Assembly (NCBI GenBank): GCA_964619725.1
Contig: CAZUFC010000047.1
Coordinates: 1 to 56,982 of the forward strand
Direction of reading: 5' to 3'
Length of the DNA: 56,982 nt
Source: an uncultured bacterium
GTDB taxonomy: Bacteria; CSSED10-310; CAZUFC01
The translations under genes and the position numbers were made by a program. Below the pieces are notes generated by a model, which did no database searches, had not been told where the DNA came from, and saw nothing but the letters and a program-made list of their open reading frames with translations. Position 1 is the stretch's first letter, and every line of letters begins with the position of its first letter. Of the stretch, positions 9,975 through 19,325 are shown piece by piece.

Positions 9975-11198
9975 TTATTTTCTGAAGATGTTGATATCCC
10001 TTTGAATTTTTTCTTGCGCTTCCTTCAGAGCCTCTTCAGGGTCTGCCCTTTTATTGAGAATTTTAGAAATGGCTATGTCCGACGGAGTCCAAACCATGCG
10101 CATCTCAGGAAAATTGGGCATCGGAACCGAATTTTGGGATTGTTCTTTGAATACCGCAATCCACGGGTCCTTTTTCACCTGCTCGTTATCGTAAGCCTTC
10201 TTTACGGCTACCGGCTGCTTTCCTTCCGTCGCCATTACCACGGACGATTCCAGATTCGTCAATGACTTCATGACTTCAAAAGCTTCTATCGGATGCTCCG
10301 TCTCTGCGCTCAACATAAAAGCTTCAACTCCTAAAAAGGGCGTTCCGGGCTTTCCGTTTTCCGTTATTACCGGATGCGTCGCCACTCCGTAATTAATATC
10401 CGGGGATATTTCCGCACGAAACCAGGGTCCCGAAATGACCATCGCCGCCTGGTTCCCGTTGAAAAGAGAAGTAACCAGCGTATTGGATATCTCCTCAGGC
10501 ATGACCTTATGCTTGCGCAATAAGTCTCGCGCAAATATCATGGCTTTTACGTTAGCCTCCTGACCGAAAACGCTGTTCCGTTCATCATCGAACAATCCTC
10601 CGCCGAATCCATATATCCATACCGCATTGTAATACAGTAAACCGTTCTCATAAACCAATCCGAACTTCTTGGCGTCATGATCGGTAAATTTCTTCGCCTC
10701 CTCTATCATCTCATCAGTATTCTTCGGCGGCTCCGCCAACAAATCACGGTTATAAAAAAGCGCCGTACACTTTATCGCGGTCGGCAAACCATACAACTCC
10801 TCATTATAATACAAAGACTTCAGCGTTAACGGCAGATACCTCTCTTTTATCTCATCCGTCACCCAAAAACCTATCGGTTGAATCACCTCGTTCATAGCCC
10901 AATCGCCGATCCTGTCATGCGCAAAAATGAATATGTCGGGACCCTTGCCTCGAGGAATCGCCGCCGTTATCTTATCCGCATAGGCATCATGCGGAACTTG
11001 AAGCGTCCTGATTTGTATATCATCATGAGACCCGTTGTAATTCTCCACGATCTGCATCAACGCCTTCTTTTCCGCTCCGCGATAACTGTGCCACAACGTT
11101 ATCTCTACTTCAGCCGTTCCTGATGACGGGAAGACCATTATTATGCCGGTGAAAAAAATCAAACTTATCGCAAAAGAAATCATGAAATTCGTCTTCAT
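9975..11198 (-). CDS. malE: Maltose/maltodextrin-binding protein
   Basis: Signal peptide, 'GPDIFIFAHDRIGDW', ALFYNRDL, ISGPW, 'PMPNFPEMRMVW'. Confidence 0.88.
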   Translation of the reverse strand: MKTNFMISFAISLIFFTGIIMVFPSSGTAEVEITLWHSYRGAEKKALMQIVENYNGSHDDIQIRTLQVPHDAYADKITAAIPRGKGPDIFIFAHDRIGDWAMNEVIQPIGFWVTDEIKERYLPLTLKSLYYNEELYGLPTAIKCTALFYNRDLLAEPPKNTDEMIEEAKKFTDHDAKKFGLVYENGLLYYNAVWIYGFGGGLFDDERNSVFGQEANVKAMIFARDLLRKHKVMPEEISNTLVTSLFNGNQAAMVISGPWFRAEISPDINYGVATHPVITENGKPGTPFLGVEAFMLSAETEHPIEAFEVMKSLTNLESSVVMATEGKQPVAVKKAYDNEQVKKDPWIAVFKEQSQNSVPMPNFPEMRMVWTPSDIAISKILNKRADPEEALKEAQEKIQRDINIFRK

Positions 11199-11257
11199 CC
11201 GATTTTCCCTCCTTTTCGGCTGTTCCTCGCCGATAAAGACTAATGAAAGTCCAAATA

Positions 11258-11286
11258 ATATTAGGTTTGACCACTCAAACTGTCAA
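11258..11286 (-). promoter_or_regulatory. Sigma70 promoter of the mal operon with palindromic operator in the spacer
   Basis: Minus strand TTGACA-N17-TAATAT. The spacer contains the inverted repeat GTTTGA-N4-TCAAAC (11265-11280). Confidence 0.7.
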
Positions 11287-11560
11287 CTCCTTTTCCCGTT
11301 ACCGAAACCCTGTCGAAAAATCTTTTCGTTATGGCGTATGACCTCCTTTGAACCTCTCCTTCCCTTACACCTCATTATGCAACTCATCCTGCTTCGACTC
11401 CTGAAAACGTCTCACGCGATGATCGGTTCGCGATCTACGCCTATCGCCGCCGCAGTGAGAGCGAAAGCTGAAAACGCGTTTACTGAGTTTCTTTCTATTG
11501 CAAGAGGCAATGGTGACAAAGCTGTAAACCGATTCATTATGCCTGGCGCGGGAAACAGGC

Positions 11561-11589
11561 TTGACAAAATCGTCCCCGTAATCTTTAAT
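11561..11589 (+). promoter_or_regulatory. Sigma70 promoter for the 11666 gene
   Basis: TTGACA-N17-TTTAAT; strong SD AAGGAGGT precedes ATG 11666. Confidence 0.65.
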
Positions 11590-11665
11590 GGCGGAAAAGG
11601 TCGCCAATTTCGACCTGTACGTTTCTGTTTTTTCCAATGTAAATTCTTAAAAGGAGGTTTTACCT

Positions 11666-13351
11666 ATGTTCAAATTGTCTACTTTTGCTGTTTTTTGTGC
11701 TCTGTCGGCAGTTCTTTTCTGCGGCGGTTCGACGGCTCAGGCTCAGTTTGACGATCCTGTCGAAAAAATGGAGCTGAGCTATGACATTAACGCAGCCAGA
11801 ATCGTTGATGATTTCGTGCCCGTTTTTCTAAAAATGGCGGAAGCCGAATCGCCTGAGAATAAGGAAATGATTTCAACGATAATCGATCTGACAGGCGTTC
11901 GCAGCCTGGATAACGTCAAAGCCAGGATGCTGGTTGATGATCGCGGCATAACCGGCGATTTTATAATGACTTTGGACCCTGAAAAACAACCGGGATTCCT
12001 GGGCCGGATAGCGCAAATCCCTCAAGTTTCCACAGAACTGGGCGACTATCTGAAAAAAGACGATATAATTATGTTCTGGACTATGGGTCATTTCGGTAAA
12101 TTTATTGAAACCCTGAACGATTTTGCCGGCGAACCCCAGCTTCGCCAAATAGCCCCGTTCATTCCCCCCGACCCACTGGCCATACTGAAAGGCTACCAAA
12201 TCGATGCGGAAAAGGATATTTTACCTTATTTCGCAGGTGAAATTTCCTACGCCCTTTTTCACTCGAAAAACCTGGACGACCAGGAAACCATGATAATGAA
12301 TTACTCTCCGCCGCAACTTCTTGCCGTAGCCGTCACGGATGGCGAGGCGGTCAAAGAAGTGATATTCAATCTTTTAAAGTCATTTTTGGGTCAGAAGGCT
12401 GATTCCATAGTAGGCGATCCTTATGAAACAGTGGGAGACTATGACTTTTACAGACTGGAAGGCCCCGCCCGACTGGTCGTCGGCGATAATTACATTTTCG
12501 TCACATCTGCAGGGGAGTATCTGAAAAGTATGCTGGAAAAAAAACAAGGCGACCTGAAAACGAAATCCGGCAACTATTTCGCCTATCTTAACGTCGATGC
12601 GTTGATCCTGGAAGTCCATAACGTGATGAAAAATTTGCCGATCAACTTTGACGGCAAAGCTGACATCGTCGATTTTCTGAAAACATTGACGGCCGAACGA
12701 CTGGGCTCCGCCGAATTCAATCTTTCATTAGAGGACGCTGCAGTTGAATACAGTTTCCAGGCTGAAAGGAAGTTACTGGAAGTCAAATACAGGGCCATCA
12801 AAGAACTGATGAACTTCGGGCTGAAACAGGTGAAAAAAACCGCATCCCTGGAAGATAATCAGGAGAACCTCACGCTGCTCGATAACGCATTGACGAAATA
12901 CGGCGAAGATTTCAACGGGGTATTTCCTGAAAATCTGGAAGGCCTGGTGCAGGAAGGTTATATCGATAAAATACCGGCCAATCCCTATACCCAGGAAAAA
13001 ATGAAAGAGGTTCCGCTGGGTGAATATTCCGAGGGAAACTACACCTACATGCCCTTGCAAGGAAATGATAAAATCGCCGGTTACTACCTTTTCATCTACG
13101 GCGGCGGAGAAGGAACAGGATATGACGTATTGACGCCGGAAAACGTCAAGGATGAGGAAAATTTCAAGCCTGCCAGGGATGGAATACCTGACGGACTCCC
13201 GAATTACGCTTTCGGCGGCATCGCCATCAAAATGCAGGAAAAATTCAACCAGTCCGAGAGCTCCTCCAGGGAAGCGGAAGAAGATTACGAAGCGGATGAG
13301 GATAATGAAGAGTCATCCGTTGAAAAGGAATCCGGAGCGAAAGGAATTTAG
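11666..13351 (+). CDS. Secreted hypothetical protein (DUF3352-like body plus C-terminal GspG/pilin-like segment)
   Basis: 561-aa ORF, strong SD, signal peptide ending AQA. C-terminal 'LDNALTKYGEDFNGVFPENLEGLVQEGYIDKIPANPYT' resembles the pseudopilin head; acidic tail. Confidence 0.6.
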   Translation: MFKLSTFAVFCALSAVLFCGGSTAQAQFDDPVEKMELSYDINAARIVDDFVPVFLKMAEAESPENKEMISTIIDLTGVRSLDNVKARMLVDDRGITGDFIMTLDPEKQPGFLGRIAQIPQVSTELGDYLKKDDIIMFWTMGHFGKFIETLNDFAGEPQLRQIAPFIPPDPLAILKGYQIDAEKDILPYFAGEISYALFHSKNLDDQETMIMNYSPPQLLAVAVTDGEAVKEVIFNLLKSFLGQKADSIVGDPYETVGDYDFYRLEGPARLVVGDNYIFVTSAGEYLKSMLEKKQGDLKTKSGNYFAYLNVDALILEVHNVMKNLPINFDGKADIVDFLKTLTAERLGSAEFNLSLEDAAVEYSFQAERKLLEVKYRAIKELMNFGLKQVKKTASLEDNQENLTLLDNALTKYGEDFNGVFPENLEGLVQEGYIDKIPANPYTQEKMKEVPLGEYSEGNYTYMPLQGNDKIAGYYLFIYGGGEGTGYDVLTPENVKDEENFKPARDGIPDGLPNYAFGGIAIKMQEKFNQSESSSREAEEDYEADEDNEESSVEKESGAKGI

Positions 13352-13464
13352 TCATTGCCAGTCCACAAAATCGAATGCCGATTAAAATTTTGCTGTTGGA
13401 CAAAAAAACAGTCAAATCGAGCCTGCACCTGAAACAGGGAACCTGTTATCTTCCATTAAGACGC

Positions 13465-13546
13465 AAAAAATGACGTGAACGGTCGCTGTACGAGGTCGGA
13501 AGTTTGAAACGTTTCCGCTCCCCGGACAGCGACCGTTACGTTTTTT
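13465..13546 (+). terminator. Long stem-loop followed by a T-run (probable terminator)
   Basis: AACGGTCGCTGT (13478-13489) pairs perfectly with ACAGCGACCGTT (13526-13537), with inner CGGAA/TTCCG pairing and flanking A6/T6 runs. Confidence 0.5.
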
Positions 13547-13798
13547 CAAACGAAAAAATAATAAAGGAATGCGATGCTTACCGAATTACTGTGAGGCATT
13601 GTTTTCAGAAGGTCGTTCCCGGCGGGCAGTATCCTTCGGTTCCTGTTTTTGGGGTTCTGCGAAGGGCTCTGACCCCTTCGCCGGCGCCCGGTTTTTAATA
13701 TTTCTTGCGACGGGGCCCGGTGTTTTATTAGAATGAAGTCAGGGTGTCGATGCTGCGTAATGGGAGGATTGATTGAAATGGGAGGGTTATTTGGAATT

Positions 13799-15124
13799 AT
13801 GCGCACTAAGATTTTGTTGATCAACATTATTTCAATTGTTTTTGGAGTCTTACTTTTATTGTCGTATCATCCTGCAGTAATAGCCGGTCATTTCATCACG
13901 GTTCAGGGGTCGGAGTTCAGTTTGTCAGGAGGTCCCTTTTATTTTGCCGGAACGAATGTCTATTACCTGATGGTGTTTGCTGCAGACCCTGGATTGCGGC
14001 CTTACGTCAATGAGATATTCAACGACGCCGCTGCGATGGGATTGAAGGTCATCAGGACATGGGCTTTCAACGACGGCGCAGACCAGTGGAACGCGCTGCA
14101 AACATCGCCTGGACTATATGATGAAAGTGTTTTTCAGGGGCTCGATTACGTCCTGACAAAGGCTGACGAGCACGATATAAGACTCATTCTGCCTTTCGTA
14201 AACAATTGGGATAATTATGGCGGGATGAATCAGTACGTGGAATGGGAAAATCAATTCGGAAGCGCTCCTTTCGCCCTCTGTCATGATGATTTTTATACTG
14301 ATGCGGATATACGCCAATGGTACAGAGATCATGTGCAGGCAGTTATGAATCGGGTTAACACATATAACGGAAGAATCTACAAAGAAGACCCGGTTATCCT
14401 CGCCTGGGAACTCGCCAATGAACCGAGAGCGCCGTCCGATCCTTCATGCGATACCCTGAATGACTGGATACTTGAAATGAGCGCTTACGTTAAAAGCATC
14501 GATTCAAATCACCTGCTGACGACAGGATCAGAAGGATTCTACGACGAAAATACCGGCCCCTGGTACAGAAACGGCTCCCAGGGCGTTGATTTTTTTCGCA
14601 ACCACCAGGTCCCTGATATCGATTTCTGTACGCTTCACATATATCCCGATCACTGGAATTTCGATTACGGCCAATCCGTCGATTGGATTACGGAACATCT
14701 CCTCCAGGCTCATATTATTTTAGGAAAACCCTTTATCCTGGAAGAATTCGGCATCTACAGGGATACCGACCCTCCGGTTCCAGACCCGCCCACTCCCACA
14801 GGCGGCACGGGATTCACGGCGACAAGAGATGATTTTTTCCAGGGCTTCTACGATACCGTATACGACTATAACGCCGCAGGCAGCCTTTTCTGGATATTAT
14901 ACCACGATGCCTATCCCGATTACGACGGATTCGGAGTCTATTATCCCGCAGACCTGAACACCGTCGGGATCATTGAAGCGGAAGCTGCCGAAATGAATAA
15001 TAAATCCGGAGCCGCCGTTCCCGTCCTTGACCGAAAAACCGGTATCCTCCTCCTGCTTGCCTTGTTTTCGGTTTTCCTTTACAAAAGTCGAAGTTTTCGA
15101 ACAAAAATACAGAAAATCCATTGA
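13799..15124 (+). CDS. GH5 endo-1,4-beta-mannanase-like hydrolase with C-terminal IPTL-CTERM-like anchor
   Basis: IRTWAFNDG, NNWDNYGGM, AWELANEP (acid/base), HIYP, ILEEFG (nucleophile). SD GGGAGG supports start 13799 (ORF track starts 13733). C-terminus VPVL + hydrophobic helix + basic tail. Confidence 0.88.
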   Translation: MRTKILLINIISIVFGVLLLLSYHPAVIAGHFITVQGSEFSLSGGPFYFAGTNVYYLMVFAADPGLRPYVNEIFNDAAAMGLKVIRTWAFNDGADQWNALQTSPGLYDESVFQGLDYVLTKADEHDIRLILPFVNNWDNYGGMNQYVEWENQFGSAPFALCHDDFYTDADIRQWYRDHVQAVMNRVNTYNGRIYKEDPVILAWELANEPRAPSDPSCDTLNDWILEMSAYVKSIDSNHLLTTGSEGFYDENTGPWYRNGSQGVDFFRNHQVPDIDFCTLHIYPDHWNFDYGQSVDWITEHLLQAHIILGKPFILEEFGIYRDTDPPVPDPPTPTGGTGFTATRDDFFQGFYDTVYDYNAAGSLFWILYHDAYPDYDGFGVYYPADLNTVGIIEAEAAEMNNKSGAAVPVLDRKTGILLLLALFSVFLYKSRSFRTKIQKIH

Positions 15125-15297
15125 AAAAACCCGGAATATCGTTGCATAGTCGCAAGCCGATATGTTATTTTTTTTTACAGTTCCCGGTCCTGCGGGTGGG
15201 ACGGGCTGGAGCATTTGACGGTTGATGATCACACCTCACGAGAATTTCAAAATTAAATACAACGTCATGTTGTTCAAAATGAGCGAGTTAAGAAAAT

Positions 15298-15921
15298 ATG
15301 AACGGCTTTCAACTTGAATTTCTGCGATCGGTTACATTATTATTCATGCTTCTTAATCCTTTTCTCGTCATATTATATCTGATCGATCTCGTTCAGAAGC
15401 TGACGGCCAGGCGATTCGCCATCGTCCTTTTCCATGGGGCCATGATAAGCAGCGCGGTTTTCATCGCTTTTTCAGTATTAGGCGACGTGATTTTTACTGA
15501 CATTATGCACGCTGAATTCGCTTCCTTTCAGATTTTCGGCGGCATAGTATTTCTTATCGTAGGCATACAATTCGTCCTCAGGGGTACGGCCGCGATGGAC
15601 ATGTTGCGAGGAGAATCACAGGAACTGGCGGGAGCGATCGCCATGCCCGTCATGATCGGACCGGGGACGGTCAGCGCCGTAGTCGTCATAGGCAAACATC
15701 TTGATACTTTACCCGCAATGGGGGCTATCATTTCGGCCGTTATGCTTTCGGTTGTGGTCATGATCGGCTTGAAAAAACTTCATGACCGCGTACTCCCCCG
15801 CAATGAAAAAATAGTCCGCCGGTACGTTCAGGTGGCCGGGCGAATAATGGCTATTTATGTGGGGACCATATCAGTTCAGATGATAATGCAGGGAATAAAA
15901 TCCTGGGCATGTAAATTTTAA
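15298..15921 (+). CDS. MarC family membrane protein
   Basis: LFMLLNP, 'FQIFGGIVF', 'AMPVMIGPGT', six TM segments. Confidence 0.88.
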   Translation: MNGFQLEFLRSVTLLFMLLNPFLVILYLIDLVQKLTARRFAIVLFHGAMISSAVFIAFSVLGDVIFTDIMHAEFASFQIFGGIVFLIVGIQFVLRGTAAMDMLRGESQELAGAIAMPVMIGPGTVSAVVVIGKHLDTLPAMGAIISAVMLSVVVMIGLKKLHDRVLPRNEKIVRRYVQVAGRIMAIYVGTISVQMIMQGIKSWACKF

Positions 15922-16249
15922 GCAAGCCGCCTGTCAGAAAACAGAATTTCTCTCAGCGCCCATTTACATCTGAAGGCTGCCATTCGACGATAGTAAAACC
16001 CTGTCTCCTTGTGCCTCCTGATTCACCTGAAAAAATCACACCGCTGAGACTTAGAGGGCGCTAACCGGTTGCGGTTCCCAAATGATTGAGCAGCGCATTT
16101 AAGGATACTCCTTCATAGTAATCAAATATTATGCTGGACCGGCACTGCGAGGCTTTGATCCATCTCGCGATACGGACGAATTTTTCGGCATTGATCAGAA
16201 ATACGTCTTTTGCGGTTACGATTCGACAGAATATCCCATCATTTTGTTT

Positions 16250-16285
16250 CGATTGCGATACCGATACAGATACCGACCCCGATTA
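16250..16285. repeat. Imperfect hexamer tandem repeat (CGATAC-like x6)
   Basis: CGATTG CGATAC CGATAC AGATAC CGACCC CGATTA; related tract at 26590-26613. Confidence 0.6.
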
Positions 16286-16319
16286 ATGAAACAAATCGTC
16301 AAAAGTTTTGAAAGAACCG

Positions 16320-16463
16320 TAATCTCTGTTTGATCAGTCCCAATTTCTCTTAAGGCAAGCAAGGCATGGATTTACGCAGACAGCGTATTGGTTGTACATT
16401 GACTGATCAAATCCGCAACCTTTCGAGGCGCTGAGAAAAATCGGGCGTTGCCGACAGAAACTA
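16320..16463. repeat. Degenerate palindromic MITE/REP-like element; partial related copy near 15930-15960
   Basis: Left arm TCTGTTTGATCAGTCCCAATTTCTCTTAAGGC resembles the reverse complement of the right arm (TCTGTCGGCAACGCCCGATTTTTCTCAGCGCC). CTGTCAGAAAACAGAATTTCTCTCAGCGCC at ~15931 is similar. Confidence 0.4.
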
Positions 16464-16537
16464 AACAGCATGAGGGATAGCAATATCCCGTTTTTTGTGC
16501 TAAATAAAACAGGACCTTTTCGGGTTCACGGAACTTG

Positions 16538-17593
16538 ATGATGAACCTTTATATGCGCAAAAAAATAATATTTATCGTCTCAATCCTTATCCTTGTCGCA
16601 GGCATTCACCAATATGCAGCGCTCTCTGAAATTCCGGTTATCGGCCTTCAATGGCGTTTTGTCGGAAACAAATGCGTCGTCAGGAGCGTCCAATCCAAGT
16701 CCGCCGCCTCATCACTGGGCATTGTACCAGGCGATATTATCCTCTCTATCAACGATCAGCCTGTTCATTCCGTCGACTCCCTGGAAAAAATCTATATGAA
16801 TCTCAACCTGAACGAAAAAATTGAAATCGAATGGAAAAGAAATCGGACAAATTATGAACGCCAAACCATTCTTCGTCTATACTCGCACGGCACAAAACAG
16901 AAAATTTTCCTTTTCCTCGGCATTTTCTTCGTACTGGCAGGAATTGCAATCCGCCTTGTAAACCCGCATAAATATGTTCTCCTGCTAGCATATTTCGTCA
17001 TGCTGCTGGGCGCCGGCATCCTTTTGCAGGATTTTCAAAAAGCTCGTTCCTTGTCCATATTGAGCAGCCAATGCATCCTGATCTGCGGATTGCTGTTTTT
17101 CCCGGTCTTCTATCTGCTTTTCCTGCTTTCCGCCTTCATGAACGAATCACACAAAATACGCTTCGATTACCTTAAACCTCTCATCTTTGTCCTTCCCCTC
17201 CTCTTCGCCGTCTTCCTGGCCCTGCTTCTGATGCTTCAATTCCTGGGTTACGAAAAACCTCCGGGTTTCAATATTTCAATTAATCTGCTCATCGGCGCCG
17301 TTTTTCAAACCATTGTCCTGTATGTGACGTTATACCTTTTCGGCGGCATAATTTTCATCGTCGTATACGCCAACCATATTAACGATAGATTGCGCCTGAA
17401 CCTCCTGCGCCGCTTCTCTCTCCTCCTGACCTTAACGCTCATTCCCCAAAGCCTCTCCCTTTTTATGGCCAATGTCGTGCTTTCACCCGGCCCCTGGCAA
17501 AATTACTTCATCCCCTTCTTCGCCCTTTTTCCCCTCGGACTGCTCTGGTTTGCCTGGAAATTCCCGAAAAAAAAGGGTTCAAAGGATGCCTGA
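16538..17593 (+). CDS. PDZ-domain multi-pass membrane protein
   Basis: PDZ signature 'SAASSLGIVPGDIILSINDQPV' after an N-terminal TM, then about seven hydrophobic helices and no output domain. Confidence 0.75.
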   Translation: MMNLYMRKKIIFIVSILILVAGIHQYAALSEIPVIGLQWRFVGNKCVVRSVQSKSAASSLGIVPGDIILSINDQPVHSVDSLEKIYMNLNLNEKIEIEWKRNRTNYERQTILRLYSHGTKQKIFLFLGIFFVLAGIAIRLVNPHKYVLLLAYFVMLLGAGILLQDFQKARSLSILSSQCILICGLLFFPVFYLLFLLSAFMNESHKIRFDYLKPLIFVLPLLFAVFLALLLMLQFLGYEKPPGFNISINLLIGAVFQTIVLYVTLYLFGGIIFIVVYANHINDRLRLNLLRRFSLLLTLTLIPQSLSLFMANVVLSPGPWQNYFIPFFALFPLGLLWFAWKFPKKKGSKDA

Positions 17594-17801
17594 TACGACG
17601 ATCCCCGCTTTCCATTGAACCCCCAGACGCCCTTCCTCCCCTGACGCACGCTCTTTGAACTTCAGCTTCCCGGAAGCGCCTCTGAAAATTATTCGCCTGT
17701 TCAATCCAATCGCTGTTTCAAATAGCGAAACAGCCGGTCAGCTTGTCTTGCGATGAATGTAAGGCAAGGAAAGAAGCCTCTCTGATCATGAGATTCGGCG
17801 C

Positions 17802-18446
17802 TTAAGCGCTTTGAAATAACAAATTACTGATGTTGTTTTCCAAATTCTTCTTGTTCTCGTTAGTTTCTTTCTCAATACGTTTAAGCTGCGACAGCGGTAT
17901 ATCTAAAAACGCGTCAGCCACCTCGGAAAAAAACTGTGTTCCTCTTTTCCGCCTGATCTCTTGCCGGGCCTCTTCATAAGACATAGGTTGCCGGTAAGGC
18001 CGGGCGTGTACCATCGCATCAAATGCATCGACTACGCAAAATACGGCTGAACCCAACGGTATCTCCGGTCCTTTCAATCCCCGGGGATATCCTGATCCGT
18101 CAACATGCTCATGATGAGTCAATACTATCTCTCGTACTGATTCTAAAAAAGGTATATCCTTCAATATGTTATAACCGATCCGGGGATGCTGGCGCATCTC
18201 ATCCCACTCCTCATCCGTCAAAGGACCCGGCTTCAATAATATACGGTCCGATATCCCTATTTTGCCGATGTCATGCAACAGCGCCCCCTTTTCCATAACC
18301 AGCTTGTCGTAGTTAGAGACTTTCAGCTTCTCCGCCAATAACCTCGTATAACTGGATACGCGCTGCGAATGCTCCCGCGTCTCGTGCTCCCTCGCCTCCA
18401 ACGCAGCTATCAAAGCATCTAATAATTTCATGTAATTCCTGTCCAT
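17802..18446 (-). CDS. Stand-alone HD-GYP phosphodiesterase
   Basis: HSQRV, LLHDIGKIG, HHEHVDGSGYPRGLKG, DAFDAM...RPYR. Confidence 0.92.
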   Translation of the reverse strand: MDRNYMKLLDALIAALEAREHETREHSQRVSSYTRLLAEKLKVSNYDKLVMEKGALLHDIGKIGISDRILLKPGPLTDEEWDEMRQHPRIGYNILKDIPFLESVREIVLTHHEHVDGSGYPRGLKGPEIPLGSAVFCVVDAFDAMVHARPYRQPMSYEEARQEIRRKRGTQFFSEVADAFLDIPLSQLKRIEKETNENKKNLENNISNLLFQSA

Positions 18447-18641
18447 TGATCCCTCTTGCTTTATTCCTACGCGCGAAAATGCTCGTTCCTCAAACCGGCA
18501 TTATCCGCCGGCGCTTTTAGTCAAAATATTACCCTTTACCGCAGTCAAATTATTCGATCAGCAAAACGGTCCCCTTATCGACGCGCCTTTCTTTTTATCG
18601 CAGTCGATCCCGTTTGTGCCGTCAACCCTGCAGCCTTCTCC

Positions 18642-18932
18642 CTACAAACTCGGCCGATGCCCCTCCACTACACTGTCCATCCTGGCTGCCAATTCCTCTA
18701 TTGCCGTCAGCTTCTCACGCCAAACAGCAGGATAATTCCTCTCATAAAACAATAAATACTGAGCTGAGCCTTTGACGGCAGTGATCGGTGACTTTAAATC
18801 GTGGATATAACTGGCCTCACGGTTGCTTTCAATCTGACGCTCAAGAAGACATTTCTTCTTTTTCAACTCATGCAGCTGTTCGCTTAAAACGCTATCGTCG
18901 TTCCTGTCCCGGATCATATTGCTGTCACTCAT
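18642..18932 (-). CDS. Small HisKA/DHp-only protein
   Basis: Coiled coil then H-box 'YIHDLKSPITAVKGSAQYL'; ends with no HATPase domain; SD AGAGGG. Confidence 0.72.
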   Translation of the reverse strand: MSDSNMIRDRNDDSVLSEQLHELKKKKCLLERQIESNREASYIHDLKSPITAVKGSAQYLLFYERNYPAVWREKLTAIEELAARMDSVVEGHRPSL

Positions 18933-18997
18933 CGGACTTCCCTCTTTAAGTTCTCACAACTCTGTTCATTTCGCCTGCGCGATAACCTGAAAATCAC

Positions 18998-19267
18998 CTA
19001 CATTTTGTAACTTTCAGCAATCAGATGAATCTGCTTCAACAAAAAATCCACCACTTCCAGCTTTTCGCGATAATTTTCCGGACAGTTAGTCGGATAATCT
19101 AACATCATTTGGGTCGATCCGTATAAACTCGCCAATATGTTGTTTATGTCGTGCACGTACAAGTTCTTGCCTTCTTCCGCCAGGTAACCCTCTATCCTCT
19201 TTTTTTCGTTCTCCAGTATTCTTATCTGCCTCTCGATATTCATCTCTCCGCTGGTTTCCCCCTTCAT
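18998..19267 (-). CDS. Small HisKA/DHp-only protein
   Basis: H-box 'YVHDINNILASLYGSTQMML'; aligns with 18642..18932 (N.P...REKL). Start uncertain (19243, 19267, 19294 or 19345). Confidence 0.7.
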   Translation of the reverse strand: MKGETSGEMNIERQIRILENEKKRIEGYLAEEGKNLYVHDINNILASLYGSTQMMLDYPTNCPENYREKLEVVDFLLKQIHLIAESYKM

Positions 19268-19325
19268 CCCTTTACTTTTGAATCCATACGGCATCTCTTG
19301 TTTTCGCCCCTCAATAACAACTAAC

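Noticed and set aside
11143-11751. ORFs of 202 aa (+) and 90 aa (-) in the divergent promoter region
   Set aside because: They overlap promoters and real genes, have no family motifs and show atypical composition.
16062-16290. Open minus-strand frame in the marC-PDZ gap
   Set aside because: No usable start codon or SD, and no recognisable similarity.
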